Virus record (IMG/VR): IMGVR_UViG_2902759955_000002
Location: 107,854-171,853 of that record
Origin: a virus
Taxonomy: Duplodnaviria; Caudoviricetes
Strand: one strand, 5' to 3'
DNA length: 64,000 bases
The notes beneath the pieces were generated by a model that had not been told where the DNA came from, did not search any database, and was given only the letters and a program-made list of their open reading frames with translations. Both the position numbers and the translations under genes were made by a program. This document shows positions 31,707-41,800 of this stretch, in pieces (the first letter of the stretch is position 1; each line of letters starts with the position of its first letter).

Positions 31707-33812
31707 ATGTTTTCTGCACTCAGAAGGTTAATTGGCCTCATCGAGGTCAGCGAGCAAGGCGATCTCATCAAGGTCTCCGGTCTGCCTGGCGACTCGGTCG
31801 CGGCGACCATCAATGAAGTCTGGGGCACGAGCAAGATCGTCGCCAATATGTTCTCGAAGGTGTCAGCCTCCGACATCACGTTCAACAAGTGGTTTGCCCC
31901 GGACGTGGTCTATTGCTTCGCGCGTATTGTCGCCGAGAAGCGCAAGGGCCACAACATCCGCGCGCTGAAGAAGGTCATCACCGGCATCTACGAAAACACG
32001 TGGATGAAGCAGACCCTCATCAAGCACCCAGATATTCTGGACTTCAACCAGCTACACCAGCTGGAGTGGAGCCCGCTTGATCACCAGATGAACTTCTTCA
32101 AGTGGTTCAACGAAATGCTGCCGCGCTTTGGTCTGAAGGGCGCAATGTTGGGTGCGGGTCCTGGTACAGGAAAGACCTTTATGGGCATTGCATTGAGCCT
32201 GATGCTCCATGCCGATGTTGTCATCATCGTCTGCCCAAGCCGGGCGGTGAAGAAGGTTTGGGAAGACACGATTTCTACCCAGTTCAAGCGCATCCCCAAA
32301 TACTGGCACTCGCAGATGGGGACGGCGCCGACTCCTGGCAAGCAGTACTACATCGTGCACTACGATTCGCCCGAATCGCTACAGCGCTTCATGGTGTTTG
32401 CCAAGACCCAGCACTGGCACCGGCCGGTGATCCTGCTTGATGAGTCGCACGGCATGAATGAGGAGATGGCGCTGCGTACGGACCTCTTCATCCAGCTCGT
32501 GGTCCAGACGCGCTGCCAGTATGTGCTGTGGGAGTCAGGGACGCCAGTGAAGGCATTGGGTGGGGAGATGGCGCCGCTCTTTCGCACCATTGATGCGATG
32601 TTTGATCCAGATGCCCAGGAGCGCTTCCGGGCGATCTACGGCAAGGCCAGTTCGCGCGCGAACGACATCCTCTCGCACCGTCTGGGGAAGGTCACCTACA
32701 AGGTCGACAGCAACCAGGTCGTGACGATTTCGACGCACCACCATCCAACACCGGTGGTGATTCCGAACGGCAACGACTATACGCTCCAGTCGATCAGGAA
32801 CGAGATGCGGGCTTTCATTGCGGAGCGGGTCAAGCACTATTCGGGGAATATGCGGCAGTACGAGCGCATGTTCGAAGGAGCGTTGAGCCACTTCTACCGG
32901 TCGCTGGTGACTTCGCAACAGAAGGATGACTTCAAGCAGTACGAGAAGTACATCAAGATGATCAAGCGGGGCTATGACCCGAAGCTGCACAAGGCCGAAG
33001 CCGCGTGGTGCAACAAGTACGAGAAGCAGGTCATCATGCCGGGCCTGCCCAAGCCGTACCGGGAGGAATTCAAAGAGTCGAAGTCGGTGGTCAAGTATTA
33101 CAAGTTGAAAGTGCAGGGCGAAGCCTTGGGCCAGATCTTGGGTCGCAAGCGGGCCCAATGCATCATGGACATGGTGCCGCACATGGGGCTTGAGAAGATC
33201 ATCGACGATGGCTTGAAGAAGACCCTGATGTTCACGAGCTACGTCGGCGTGGTCGATGCGGCCGCCGACTACCTGAAGCAGCGCGGCTACAAGCCGCTTC
33301 GGGTCTACGGCGAAACGAATAACGAGCTGGCCAGCATGGTGACCGAGTTCGGCCGCGATGAAGATGCCAACCCGATGATCGCCACCTATCAGTCGCTTTC
33401 ATCCGCTGTTCCGCTGGTCATGGCCAACACCATGGCCATGGCCAACTCCCCGTTCCGCTCCTTCGAATACGACCAAGCGGTCGCCCGCTGTAAGCGTCTG
33501 GGGCAGGACGAGGACGTGAACGTCTTCGACATGGTGCTCGACACCGGCCAAGAGCCCAACATCTCCAGCCGCACGATCGACATCATGAACTGGAGCCGGG
33601 AGCAGGTCGATGCCTTACTGGGCTTCGAGAACACGCCCCTGATCGCAGCAGAAAGCGCTGACGGAATCATCGCCCTCTTTGAGCACCACATCGCTCACGA
33701 GGACATCGTGGATCAGGAGTTCGACGAGGAGATGATGGCGCTTGAAGGGGTGCAGGACTACACCTATTCGATGCGTCGGGAGCCCGCTTGGGCGCAATGG
33801 GCGAGCCGGTAA
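31707..33812 (+). CDS. SF2 (SNF2/DEAH-like) helicase
   Basis: GPGTGKT, DESH, SGTP and QAVARCKRLGQ motifs. Confidence 0.85.
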   Translation: MFSALRRLIGLIEVSEQGDLIKVSGLPGDSVAATINEVWGTSKIVANMFSKVSASDITFNKWFAPDVVYCFARIVAEKRKGHNIRALKKVITGIYENTWMKQTLIKHPDILDFNQLHQLEWSPLDHQMNFFKWFNEMLPRFGLKGAMLGAGPGTGKTFMGIALSLMLHADVVIIVCPSRAVKKVWEDTISTQFKRIPKYWHSQMGTAPTPGKQYYIVHYDSPESLQRFMVFAKTQHWHRPVILLDESHGMNEEMALRTDLFIQLVVQTRCQYVLWESGTPVKALGGEMAPLFRTIDAMFDPDAQERFRAIYGKASSRANDILSHRLGKVTYKVDSNQVVTISTHHHPTPVVIPNGNDYTLQSIRNEMRAFIAERVKHYSGNMRQYERMFEGALSHFYRSLVTSQQKDDFKQYEKYIKMIKRGYDPKLHKAEAAWCNKYEKQVIMPGLPKPYREEFKESKSVVKYYKLKVQGEALGQILGRKRAQCIMDMVPHMGLEKIIDDGLKKTLMFTSYVGVVDAAADYLKQRGYKPLRVYGETNNELASMVTEFGRDEDANPMIATYQSLSSAVPLVMANTMAMANSPFRSFEYDQAVARCKRLGQDEDVNVFDMVLDTGQEPNISSRTIDIMNWSREQVDALLGFENTPLIAAESADGIIALFEHHIAHEDIVDQEFDEEMMALEGVQDYTYSMRREPAWAQWASR

Positions 33813-33824
33813 GCTGGCCGTCAG

Positions 33825-34136
33825 CTACTTCTTGCCCTTGGCTAACACCAGGGTGGTGAACACTGCCGTGGCGATGGTGGTGCCCACCTTCAGCGCCGCC
33901 TTGCCCACCTCTGCCGCGACATTGCCGGCCGTCTCCGTGCAGTCAGGGCACAGCTCGTGATCGTAGACCGCGGTTCCCTTGGCAAAGTCGTGACATCCGG
34001 GTGTGCGACAGACATAGAGGGGCTCACTGCATTCGGGGCATTTCAGCTTGTCCCGACGCACGGTGTTTTCTTCCACGATCTCAGGCGTCACGGCCTGATT
34101 GCAGAATGGGCATTTTCCTTTTTGTTTCGTTGGCAT
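33825..34136 (-). CDS. Small Zn-finger protein with a C-terminal hydrophobic helix
   Basis: CPFC, CPEC, CRTPGC and CPDC motifs. Confidence 0.65.
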   Translation of the reverse strand: MPTKQKGKCPFCNQAVTPEIVEENTVRRDKLKCPECSEPLYVCRTPGCHDFAKGTAVYDHELCPDCTETAGNVAAEVGKAALKVGTTIATAVFTTLVLAKGKK

Positions 34137-34357
34137 GGTCGAACCCGCGAATGGATTTTGTTGTTTTGGACCGGTCTATTAGCGCCGGCGCCTCGGTCCG
34201 GAATATACACGAGAGACGCACCACCATAACGACAGTCTTGGCGCTTTCTTTAAGACGCCAAGTTACCACGCATAACTTTACGAATCGCCTTCGGACTCGG
34301 TTAATTCTTTGAGCGTTTCGTCTCATCCATTCAACGAAATCCCGGAACCCAAAAAAA

Positions 34358-35704
34358 ATGAATATCTTGCGTATGGCGCTGGAAAGCAGCGACAAGCCCG
34401 TCGACGAAACGCTCGACATGAGCGTGCCCGAGGGCGACGATCAGTGGCTGGCGGCCAATGCGGCCGCAGTGGACGATGCGTTCGAAGCGAACGAAGACGT
34501 GGCGATCGCAGCGGAAGCCATTTTCGCCTATCACGACCAGTTGGCCGACATGGTTGCTGCCAAGAAGACCAACCCGGTCGTGACGGGTCTGATCCTGCAC
34601 GGCGTGAACCGTGAACTGACGTCGCTGGGTCTGGAAGCGATCGCCTTGCCGGCACTGGAAAGCGAATCGGAACTGGACGCGCAGAAGCAGGCAGAGCTGG
34701 CGTTGGAAGGGATTGCCACGTCGCTGAAGACCTACTTCTTCCAGGACGTCGTGATCCACTTCAAGCACTGGAAGGACATCGTGCTGGATTCGTTCAAGGG
34801 TATCGGCTCGAAGGTGTCGAAGTACGAGCAGAAGACGGCCGAGAACAAGCGCGAATTCGAAGCGAAGCGCCACGAGTTGCGCGGCGGCACGGAAGTGAAC
34901 CTGCACGGTCTGTGGTACTTCTTCACGACCCAGCAAGGTCAGCCGGGCAACTTCATGGGCGCACTGTCGAAAGACTTGGGCATGTCGACCTACGTGTTGA
35001 CGAAGTACCCGGTGGCCGTGATCCAGGAAATGGAAAAGCTCGCACAGGCTGTGCGTTCGGGTAGCGCCAAGTCGCCGGCCAGCATGCAGCAGCTGGTGAA
35101 GAAGGTCGAAGCCCTGAAGTCGCCGACCGAACTGTTCGAGTCGTCGTTCCTCGGTGAAGGCAAGTTTTTCAACGTGACGGGCCTGCATAAGGGCGAGCAC
35201 GCCGTCGGTGGTTCGCGTCTGGATCAGATGAGCCGCCACGGCGCTGTCACCATGAAGACTTCGGGTTCGCACAAGCTGGCCAAGGGCGCGATGTTCGCGA
35301 TGCGTCAGGTGGGCAAGGGCGTGGGTATCGGCCCGCTGAATGTCAAGCAGATCGCCAACATCAGTTCGGTCTCGGCCTCGGAAGAAGTCAAGCTGTCCGA
35401 GCGCGATGTGGCCGACGTGTTCGATGCGGCGCAGACCTACTGTGACAACGTGAAGTTCTACCTGGGTCTGGACGACAAGTTCGCAAAGGCAACCGACAGC
35501 CTCGGTGCTGCGATGGCTGCGCTTGCGCAAACCGCCGGCGACAACCACGATCGGGACACCGCGATGCTGGGTGAACGAATCGAAGCGTATGGTCGCACCC
35601 TGACGCGCGCGTTCCAGAGCCCGGCCCTGCAGGAAGCGTCGCGCTCGCTGCGCGGTAGCAAGTACTGCAACTACTTCGGCCTTCGCGCCATCTTCAACGC
35701 GTAA
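34358..35704 (+). CDS. Internal head protein
   Basis: Multiple ALE sites (MALES, PALES, LALEG); acidic propeptide; high-expression codons. Confidence 0.75.
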   Translation: MNILRMALESSDKPVDETLDMSVPEGDDQWLAANAAAVDDAFEANEDVAIAAEAIFAYHDQLADMVAAKKTNPVVTGLILHGVNRELTSLGLEAIALPALESESELDAQKQAELALEGIATSLKTYFFQDVVIHFKHWKDIVLDSFKGIGSKVSKYEQKTAENKREFEAKRHELRGGTEVNLHGLWYFFTTQQGQPGNFMGALSKDLGMSTYVLTKYPVAVIQEMEKLAQAVRSGSAKSPASMQQLVKKVEALKSPTELFESSFLGEGKFFNVTGLHKGEHAVGGSRLDQMSRHGAVTMKTSGSHKLAKGAMFAMRQVGKGVGIGPLNVKQIANISSVSASEEVKLSERDVADVFDAAQTYCDNVKFYLGLDDKFAKATDSLGAAMAALAQTAGDNHDRDTAMLGERIEAYGRTLTRAFQSPALQEASRSLRGSKYCNYFGLRAIFNA

Positions 35705-35723
35705 ATAACGCGTGGTCCATCCA

Positions 35724-35757
35724 GGGAGACAGGGGCTTCGGCTCCTGTCTCCTTTTT
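35724..35757 (+). terminator. Rho-independent terminator
   Basis: GGAGACAGGGGC-TTCG-GCTCCTGTCTCC-TTTTT. Confidence 0.8.
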
Positions 35758-35776
35758 CATTTGTCTGGGAAAAGCA

Positions 35777-37045
35777 ATGAACACACAAACCGTGTCGGCC
35801 GACAGGGAGCTGTTGGCGTTGGAGGGCGAGATTGGCACGCTGCTGGCGGTCCGGTCCCAGATGCTCGCGCAGGGCTTCACGACCCACTTGGCACTCGAAG
35901 CCGACCAGCATCTTGGCGGCAGCCAGTACGCAAGCCTCGCCTTCTCGGGCAAGACCCGAAGCGTGAAGCTCCAGATCGCCATCGAAGGGATCACCACCAC
36001 GGTGTGGGACGGCATCAAGAAGATGTTCCGTAAGCTGAGCGAGCTGATCAAACGCTTCGTTGCCTGGTTCAAGGGCGATGGCAAGAAGTTCGATGCTGCG
36101 CACCTGCAAGGTGTGGATGCTGCGGCCAAAGCCGTGTCGGACAGGATCCTGCAGCTGGACCGCATCATCAAGTCGCCGGAGCTGCGCATGCGCTTCGAAG
36201 AGACGCTCAATAGCGAACTCTCGGGCACGATGCCGCAGTCGGTGCGTGCCATGCTCGATGCGAACTCGAAGTACAGCGAAGCCATGACGGCGCTCTCGGG
36301 CGCCTTCGATCAGGGCGACTATTTGCAGATCGTCGAGAAGGGTGTGGCAGAAGTGATTGCGTGGTTCAACAGTCACCAGTCCAAGGCCCAGACCATGGAT
36401 GCGACTACCGAGACCAGTCACAACGATCTGGAAGGCTTCGCGAAATCCATCCAGTCGATGGGAGGGGCTGCTGAGACCGCTGAGAACCCGCTACCAGCCC
36501 GCGGCGCGGGTCAGTCACTGCAACTTACCAAGTCGCGGTACGAAGCGCTCAAAGAGGCCAAAACCTCAATCAGTAGCGGTCAGTATGCAGCCGTGCCGCG
36601 CGAGATCGGTGGCTTGCTCAAGGTGGTGCTGGAAGCCCAGGGTCGTATCAAGATCACGGCGGCCGCCAATGTGATGCGCACTGCGCAGAACACGCTCGCC
36701 GACATGCAGAAGCATCTGGACACGATCAACCAGTCAGCCGAACGGCTGGCCGGGGAAGCAGGCGATGGCAAACATCACGGCGCCCAGATTGCATTGACGC
36801 ACGCCTACTCCGCGCACCTGCGTGAACTGATCAGCCAGTTCCACACGGTGCTCTCCGCCCACGACTTCCTCTACGAGGTCTGGATCGAGACGCAGAAGGA
36901 AAGCCTCAAGATCTGGACGCAGATCTTCAAGATCTACGACAGCGTCGTGCCCGATGAAGCCATGTCGGATGCCGCCCGCACGGACCGTGCCGAAATCGAG
37001 AAGCAGGCCAAGGCCTCGCTGAAAGTGTTCGCTTCGGCGATCTAA
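35777..37045 (+). CDS. Internal head protein paralog
   Basis: LALE sites; AIEGI..TVWDGIKKMFRKL...I..F..WF helix. Confidence 0.7.
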   Translation: MNTQTVSADRELLALEGEIGTLLAVRSQMLAQGFTTHLALEADQHLGGSQYASLAFSGKTRSVKLQIAIEGITTTVWDGIKKMFRKLSELIKRFVAWFKGDGKKFDAAHLQGVDAAAKAVSDRILQLDRIIKSPELRMRFEETLNSELSGTMPQSVRAMLDANSKYSEAMTALSGAFDQGDYLQIVEKGVAEVIAWFNSHQSKAQTMDATTETSHNDLEGFAKSIQSMGGAAETAENPLPARGAGQSLQLTKSRYEALKEAKTSISSGQYAAVPREIGGLLKVVLEAQGRIKITAAANVMRTAQNTLADMQKHLDTINQSAERLAGEAGDGKHHGAQIALTHAYSAHLRELISQFHTVLSAHDFLYEVWIETQKESLKIWTQIFKIYDSVVPDEAMSDAARTDRAEIEKQAKASLKVFASAI

Positions 37046-37055
37046 GGGGAAACAC

Positions 37056-38375
37056 ATGCTACCGGTATTAGCAACAGGTGAGTTTCTCGCGCTCGAGGCG
37101 GAGATCCAGACACTGACGCAGGTGCGGGAGCGTCTGGTGACGGCGGGCGGCTTTGACATGCGAATCGCCATGGAGGCAGACGCATTGATGGGCTCGTCGG
37201 ATCTAACGCGTTTGGCGTTCGAACGACGGCATAAGTCCGAGAAGCTGCGTGTGGCGCTGGAAGGAATCGGTGCCCGGATCTGGGAGGCCATCAAGGCGTT
37301 CTTCAAGAAGATCGGGGAATGGATTCGGAAGGCCATCGACTTCCTCTTTGGCAAGCGCGGCGTGAGCGAAGAGAAAGTCAAGGAGTTCGAGCAGACAGCT
37401 GAGGAATTCGAAGCCGGTATGAACGAGTTCAACGACGGGCTTCAGCAGATGACGCGCGAGGTTCACGCGGACAACACGACGGACGACCTTCTGAAGGAAG
37501 CCATCGCTTCGTTTGAGTCCGGCATGTCAGGTCCGATCAAAGCAGTGATTTCCGGCGGACCGGGAGTGCTGAGCCCCTACAACAAGGCAGTGTTGCATCT
37601 GGTGATCAGAATGCGAGACGATCCTGTTCAGATGGTCGGAAAGAGGCTCCGGTACATGGAGGAGTGGCTGGAGAAAGCGTGGCAGGTAGCGAGCAAATAC
37701 GACGCGGATGTCGACGGACTTTCGTCTCCGTCAAACAGCGAGACCGTAACGGACGCCATCAACCACCTGAAGAAGGTCAACGACGCCGCTATCCGAGCCG
37801 ACTACAGCCACGATGTCGGCCGCGGGTTGCTGAGCGATCCTGAGCTCGTCAAAGAGGAGATCAAGACGATCGGGGACATCCGGTCGTCGCCGCCAAGCAA
37901 CGCTTCTGGCTCCCTGCGTGGGAACGTGAAGATTGTTACGCGCCGCATTGCTGAGATTCTGGAGGACGCGTACGTCAAGCTCGGAGGCAACCTCGACAAG
38001 ACGCTCGCGGAGTTCAAGCGACTCGGAGCCAATTTCGATAAGTTCAAGGATCGCCTCGAGAACAAGCTGAAAGAAGCGCAGGCGGACCAGCAGCATGCTG
38101 CGCGGGAGAAAGTCGTCAACCTGTTGATGGATGGCTGCCGGAAGTTCGCCGAGGAAGTGCAACTGATCACGGCAGCTCTCATGACCATCACGACGCACTA
38201 CCGGGACTCGCTGGATGCCGTCCTGGCATTGCAGAAGATGCTCATTGAGACCTTCGGTAAGGCTCTTTCCCATACCGACGTGAAGGGCACGAAGTTCGCT
38301 GCCGGCCTCGAAGAGAAATTGGGCCGCGCCAAGGCGGCGCATGCTGAAGCCCAGAAGATCCGCGCCAGTATCTAG
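37056..38375 (+). CDS. Internal head protein paralog
   Basis: N-terminal ~100 aa clearly homologous to 35777 (ALEGI..RIWEAIK.FFKKI.EWI). Confidence 0.7.
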   Translation: MLPVLATGEFLALEAEIQTLTQVRERLVTAGGFDMRIAMEADALMGSSDLTRLAFERRHKSEKLRVALEGIGARIWEAIKAFFKKIGEWIRKAIDFLFGKRGVSEEKVKEFEQTAEEFEAGMNEFNDGLQQMTREVHADNTTDDLLKEAIASFESGMSGPIKAVISGGPGVLSPYNKAVLHLVIRMRDDPVQMVGKRLRYMEEWLEKAWQVASKYDADVDGLSSPSNSETVTDAINHLKKVNDAAIRADYSHDVGRGLLSDPELVKEEIKTIGDIRSSPPSNASGSLRGNVKIVTRRIAEILEDAYVKLGGNLDKTLAEFKRLGANFDKFKDRLENKLKEAQADQQHAAREKVVNLLMDGCRKFAEEVQLITAALMTITTHYRDSLDAVLALQKMLIETFGKALSHTDVKGTKFAAGLEEKLGRAKAAHAEAQKIRASI

Positions 38376-38394
38376 GCCAAAAAAAGAAAGACGA

Positions 38395-38431
38395 ACATAG
38401 TGCCCAGCCCCTGAAGGGCTGGGCTTTATGC
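38395..38431. terminator. CATA-hairpin-TATG element at the core/accessory boundary
   Basis: ACATAGT-GCCCAGCCC-CTGAA-GGGCTGGGC-TTTATGC. Confidence 0.7.
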
Positions 38432-38552
38432 TGCATTGCAACGTAGATCATTTATTTTACGTCAAATTGAAGGTGTAAGTAATACAACGTAAAACGGTAG
38501 ATTCCTACCGTTTTACGAGGGCAACACGACATTACTCGGATAATGTCGGGTA

Positions 38553-39410
38553 TCAAGCGGCTTCCTGCATCGTCGACCGCGCAGGGGTCGGCGCAGGGTC
38601 TTTTTCCTTGAAGGACCCGATGCCATCCAGCAATTGCCTGAACGTCTTCTCCATCCGGCGCTGCTGCAGCTTCTTGGGCCAGCCCGCTATGAAGAACGGC
38701 GGGGTGTACCAGGTGTCCCATTGCTCGAGCGTCAGGGCGTTGCCGTGGACGATCGTGGCCGCCACCCCCAGTAGCGAAAGCTGGACGTAAGCCATGTGGA
38801 CACAACGGGGATCGATGTCGATACAGACGGCGTGCATGTGTTGCGGGTAGTTGAGACCGACCTGATGCATGGCGTCGGCCGTGGCCACCACCATGCCGGC
38901 CGATCCACAGGCAGGCTCATGCAGTTCGATGAAACCCTGCTCGCGGATGCTCTTGCCGTCCCCGATCGTCATCTGGGCCATCATGAAACTCACCGTGTAC
39001 GGGGTGAAGAACTGACCCGCCCGGTCACTGCCGAGCTCCAGTTCCATGTAGATCTCACCCAGCACGTCCCCCAGCCCCTGCATCCGGTACTTGGCCATCC
39101 CTGGCTGCCCGTTCTGTTCGATGCGGTCCTGATAGAGCTGCTGCAGGTGCGCAAACATCTTCGCGAGCCGGTTCAGTTCCTCCTTGGTGTACTTGCCGAT
39201 GATTTCGAAGTAACGCTTCTCCCGCCGATCGAACTCACTCAGGTGGAACTTGTTGGAGAGCGCGATCGCCGAAATCTCGATGAAGTCACTGAAGACATTG
39301 AAGAGACTGTGGCGAAGGGAGAATTCCCGCATGGCCTTGATCAGCTCGCCGCGGTGCGGCTCCACCCAGTTACGAGAGGCGCTGAGCTTCTGTTTGGCTC
39401 TTTTGCTCAT
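38553..39410 (-). CDS. HsdM-like N6-adenine methyltransferase-family protein (short, stand-alone)
   Basis: DVLGEIYMEL, GQFFTP, EPACGSAGM, DID and HGNAL; TPPF where NPPF/Y is expected. Confidence 0.75.
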   Translation of the reverse strand: MSKRAKQKLSASRNWVEPHRGELIKAMREFSLRHSLFNVFSDFIEISAIALSNKFHLSEFDRREKRYFEIIGKYTKEELNRLAKMFAHLQQLYQDRIEQNGQPGMAKYRMQGLGDVLGEIYMELELGSDRAGQFFTPYTVSFMMAQMTIGDGKSIREQGFIELHEPACGSAGMVVATADAMHQVGLNYPQHMHAVCIDIDPRCVHMAYVQLSLLGVAATIVHGNALTLEQWDTWYTPPFFIAGWPKKLQQRRMEKTFRQLLDGIGSFKEKDPAPTPARSTMQEAA

Positions 39411-39702
39411 GGCTGATCTCCAGGGGTTTCGACAGACGCTCACAGATCGCGAGCAGGTCGCCGTAGGTCGAGAGGGTGGAATCGAGTTCGTGCGTCTTGC
39501 AGAGGAAAGCCATCTGGTGGACGATCAGCCGAATGGCCGGGTCATCGCAGACGCCCTGCGTGCCGAGGCTTTCCTGATGGCACTGGTTGATAGCGCGCAC
39601 GAGAGCGCGGGATACCCCACTGAGGTTGCTGGCGCCGGCCGTGATGGCCAAGGCGTCTGAGTGCCGATTGCGCGCGACAATCGACATGTCGTTGATGCTC
39701 AT
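39370..39702 (-). CDS. Hypothetical protein
   Basis: GAGG RBS; operonic overlap with the downstream gene. Confidence 0.6.
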   Translation of the reverse strand: MSINDMSIVARNRHSDALAITAGASNLSGVSRALVRAINQCHQESLGTQGVCDDPAIRLIVHQMAFLCKTHELDSTLSTYGDLLAICERLSKPLEISHEQKSQTEAQRLS

Positions 39703-39714
39703 TGTGTTTCCTCG

Positions 39715-40125
39715 CTAGTTGCTGAGCGTCTCGTAGATCGGCTCAGCGAGAAAGGCATAGCACTGGTCTTCAGTGACGATCTGCGCGCTCTCCCAGAGAT
39801 GTCGCGCATCCGAAATGAACTCCGCGGCTTCGTCACCAAAGAGTGCGATGTCCGGACCGATACTCACCACGTCCCGCAGCTCATCCACTTCGACACTGAC
39901 CCGCCGCATGCGCCAAGCGCCAATGCGAATGAGCTCGTCGAGGGGAATGCCTTGGCGTTTGAGGTGCAGGCTGATGCGGCGCTTGGCGGCCGCTTCAGTT
40001 TTGCTGCGTATGGCGGCGTACCCCGGTCCTTCACGGTCGAGTAACAGCGCCTGCCAGTACGTTTGTTCGGGGGTGAGTACCTGCTGGACCTGATGCCCTT
40101 TGTAAGGGATCGTGCGGATGATCAC
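39715..40125 (-). CDS. Hypothetical protein
   Basis: GTG start overlaps the upstream TGA (GTGA). Confidence 0.55.
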   Translation of the reverse strand: MIIRTIPYKGHQVQQVLTPEQTYWQALLLDREGPGYAAIRSKTEAAAKRRISLHLKRQGIPLDELIRIGAWRMRRVSVEVDELRDVVSIGPDIALFGDEAAEFISDARHLWESAQIVTEDQCYAFLAEPIYETLSN

Positions 40126-40514
40126 GCAGCCGCTCGCTCTTCGTAGTAGACGTCCTCGACATCTTCCACGTCGCCAGAAAGATCGATGAACCATGACTTC
40201 GGCATGTTCGACCCATCGATCTCTTTCATGCGATGGTTCGCCTTGAACTGGCGGCTGCCGATCTCGATCATCGAAACATTGGGCACGTCCTTCTTCCACA
40301 TGTTCGGGATGAGGCTGTAGGGCATGGAAATGTAAAAGCCCGTGAACTCCCCCTCGCGCATGACGCGATAGCGAAGTCGGCCCTCGTAGCGCATATTGGT
40401 CAACGGGGGCGTCTTGCGGGGGGCTTTGAGCGGCAGGTCGAGTTTGGGCGTGCGTGCTACGACCTTGAGCGGTAAACGCATACGCGTCGCGCTCCGAGCA
40501 CGATTCGGAATCAT
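40122..40514 (-). CDS. Hypothetical protein
   Basis: AAGGAGG RBS. Confidence 0.65.
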   Translation of the reverse strand: MIPNRARSATRMRLPLKVVARTPKLDLPLKAPRKTPPLTNMRYEGRLRYRVMREGEFTGFYISMPYSLIPNMWKKDVPNVSMIEIGSRQFKANHRMKEIDGSNMPKSWFIDLSGDVEDVEDVYYEERAAA

Positions 40515-40601
40515 GGAGCCTCCTTGAGGCGAAAAGGGGATGCGGCAATATGAGAAACAACCGAGATGCGGGAAACCCGCTGGGATAAGCAGAGTGTTTT
40601 C

Positions 40602-40853
40602 TTAGGGCTGATTGATGTAAGCAAGAATGTGGCGCTTGACATCCAGCACGTCGGGCTTGGTGTTCCTTGCCTCAACGGTAAAGCGATCGAGTTCCTGGGA
40701 CTCGCTATAGGGACGGACACGAACAACGACGGTTTTGGAACCACGTTGCCATTCGAAGTGCGCGCTGCAGTGGGTCGCAAAGTAGAGGGTGTGGATGGCT
40801 CCTTGACGAGATTCCCGGGAAACGTTGATGTAATGCATGCGCATGCCGGCCAT
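40602..40853 (-). CDS. Hypothetical protein (start uncertain)
   Basis: Open frame directly after the stop of the 40855 gene. Confidence 0.45.
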   Translation of the reverse strand: MAGMRMHYINVSRESRQGAIHTLYFATHCSAHFEWQRGSKTVVVRVRPYSESQELDRFTVEARNTKPDVLDVKRHILAYINQP

Positions 40854-40854
40854 G

Positions 40855-41319
40855 TCACACAACGCGATTGGTGAACATATGCACATTGCGCGAGCCAACG
40901 GCCTTGGGCAGCTGGTAGTTGCGCCGGATGCCCCATTGCTTGGTGCTCGACGGCATCTCCTGCATCAGCTTTTCGTAGTTGGCCAGCAACTCATCCGTGA
41001 AGAGGCCCACAGTGGCGTCCTCTCCCCGGTAGACGATCGCTTTGGCTTCCATCCGTAGGAGCGCGAACTCGGCAAGCTGTCTGAGGCTGTGGCGATGGAG
41101 CATGAAGCTACCGATCGCGGGTTCATCCTTGACCCGTGCGTTCCACGGCCGCGAGACGATGCCTTGTGGCGGAAGGCCGAAGTAATCGAGCAGCAAGGCA
41201 CACCCTTCCGCGTTCACGTCGCAGAGGATCCGGGTGCTATAGGCGCAGGCCTCCCCAGTAAGTGCGTTGATGCCGAAGTGTTGCAGGTCCTGCCAGTTGT
41301 TGATGTGAATGGAGTCCAT
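40855..41319 (-). CDS. Hypothetical protein
   Basis: MDSIHINNWQDLQHFGINALTGEAC... globular-looking ORF. Confidence 0.6.
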   Translation of the reverse strand: MDSIHINNWQDLQHFGINALTGEACAYSTRILCDVNAEGCALLLDYFGLPPQGIVSRPWNARVKDEPAIGSFMLHRHSLRQLAEFALLRMEAKAIVYRGEDATVGLFTDELLANYEKLMQEMPSSTKQWGIRRNYQLPKAVGSRNVHMFTNRVV

Positions 41320-41420
41320 AGAGGCGATTGGATGAAAAAAGGAGAAACGACATGGCATAAAGCCAGAGAGGACCGAAGTCCTCTCTGGCGCTTGAAAAGA
41401 AGGGATGTGGGGACTGCGGA

Positions 41421-41783
41421 TTACGCTGCGACAGGACTGCCGGAGAACGTGTAGCTATACGTCTGGACCGTGGAGACATCAGCAACGTAGATGTCGTCGT
41501 TCACATTCAGACTCACCGTCACCGCCGCGTCCCAGTGATTCATGTAGGTAGCCCCGCCCCGATAAAGACTCACCTGCAGCACCCAGGCACCGGCGAGCGT
41601 CTGATAGGCCCAGACGGCGAAGTGCACGGTGTCCGAGGGGTAGGCAGCCTGCACGGTCGTGAGGGCTGCCTGGATCGCTGCATTGAGTGTCGCAGCGTCC
41701 GCACTGTTCGCAGTAAGCTGCGGGGTGACTGCATCCTCCACCTGCGAGAGGTTGCTGAAATTCTGTCTCGTCGATAAATCCAT
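41421..41783 (-). CDS. Hypothetical protein (Lys-free, possibly virion surface)
   Basis: AAGGA RBS; Thr/Ala/Tyr-rich. Confidence 0.6.
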   Translation of the reverse strand: MDLSTRQNFSNLSQVEDAVTPQLTANSADAATLNAAIQAALTTVQAAYPSDTVHFAVWAYQTLAGAWVLQVSLYRGGATYMNHWDAAVTVSLNVNDDIYVADVSTVQTYSYTFSGSPVAA

Positions 41784-41800
41784 AACTTGTCCTTGTCGCG

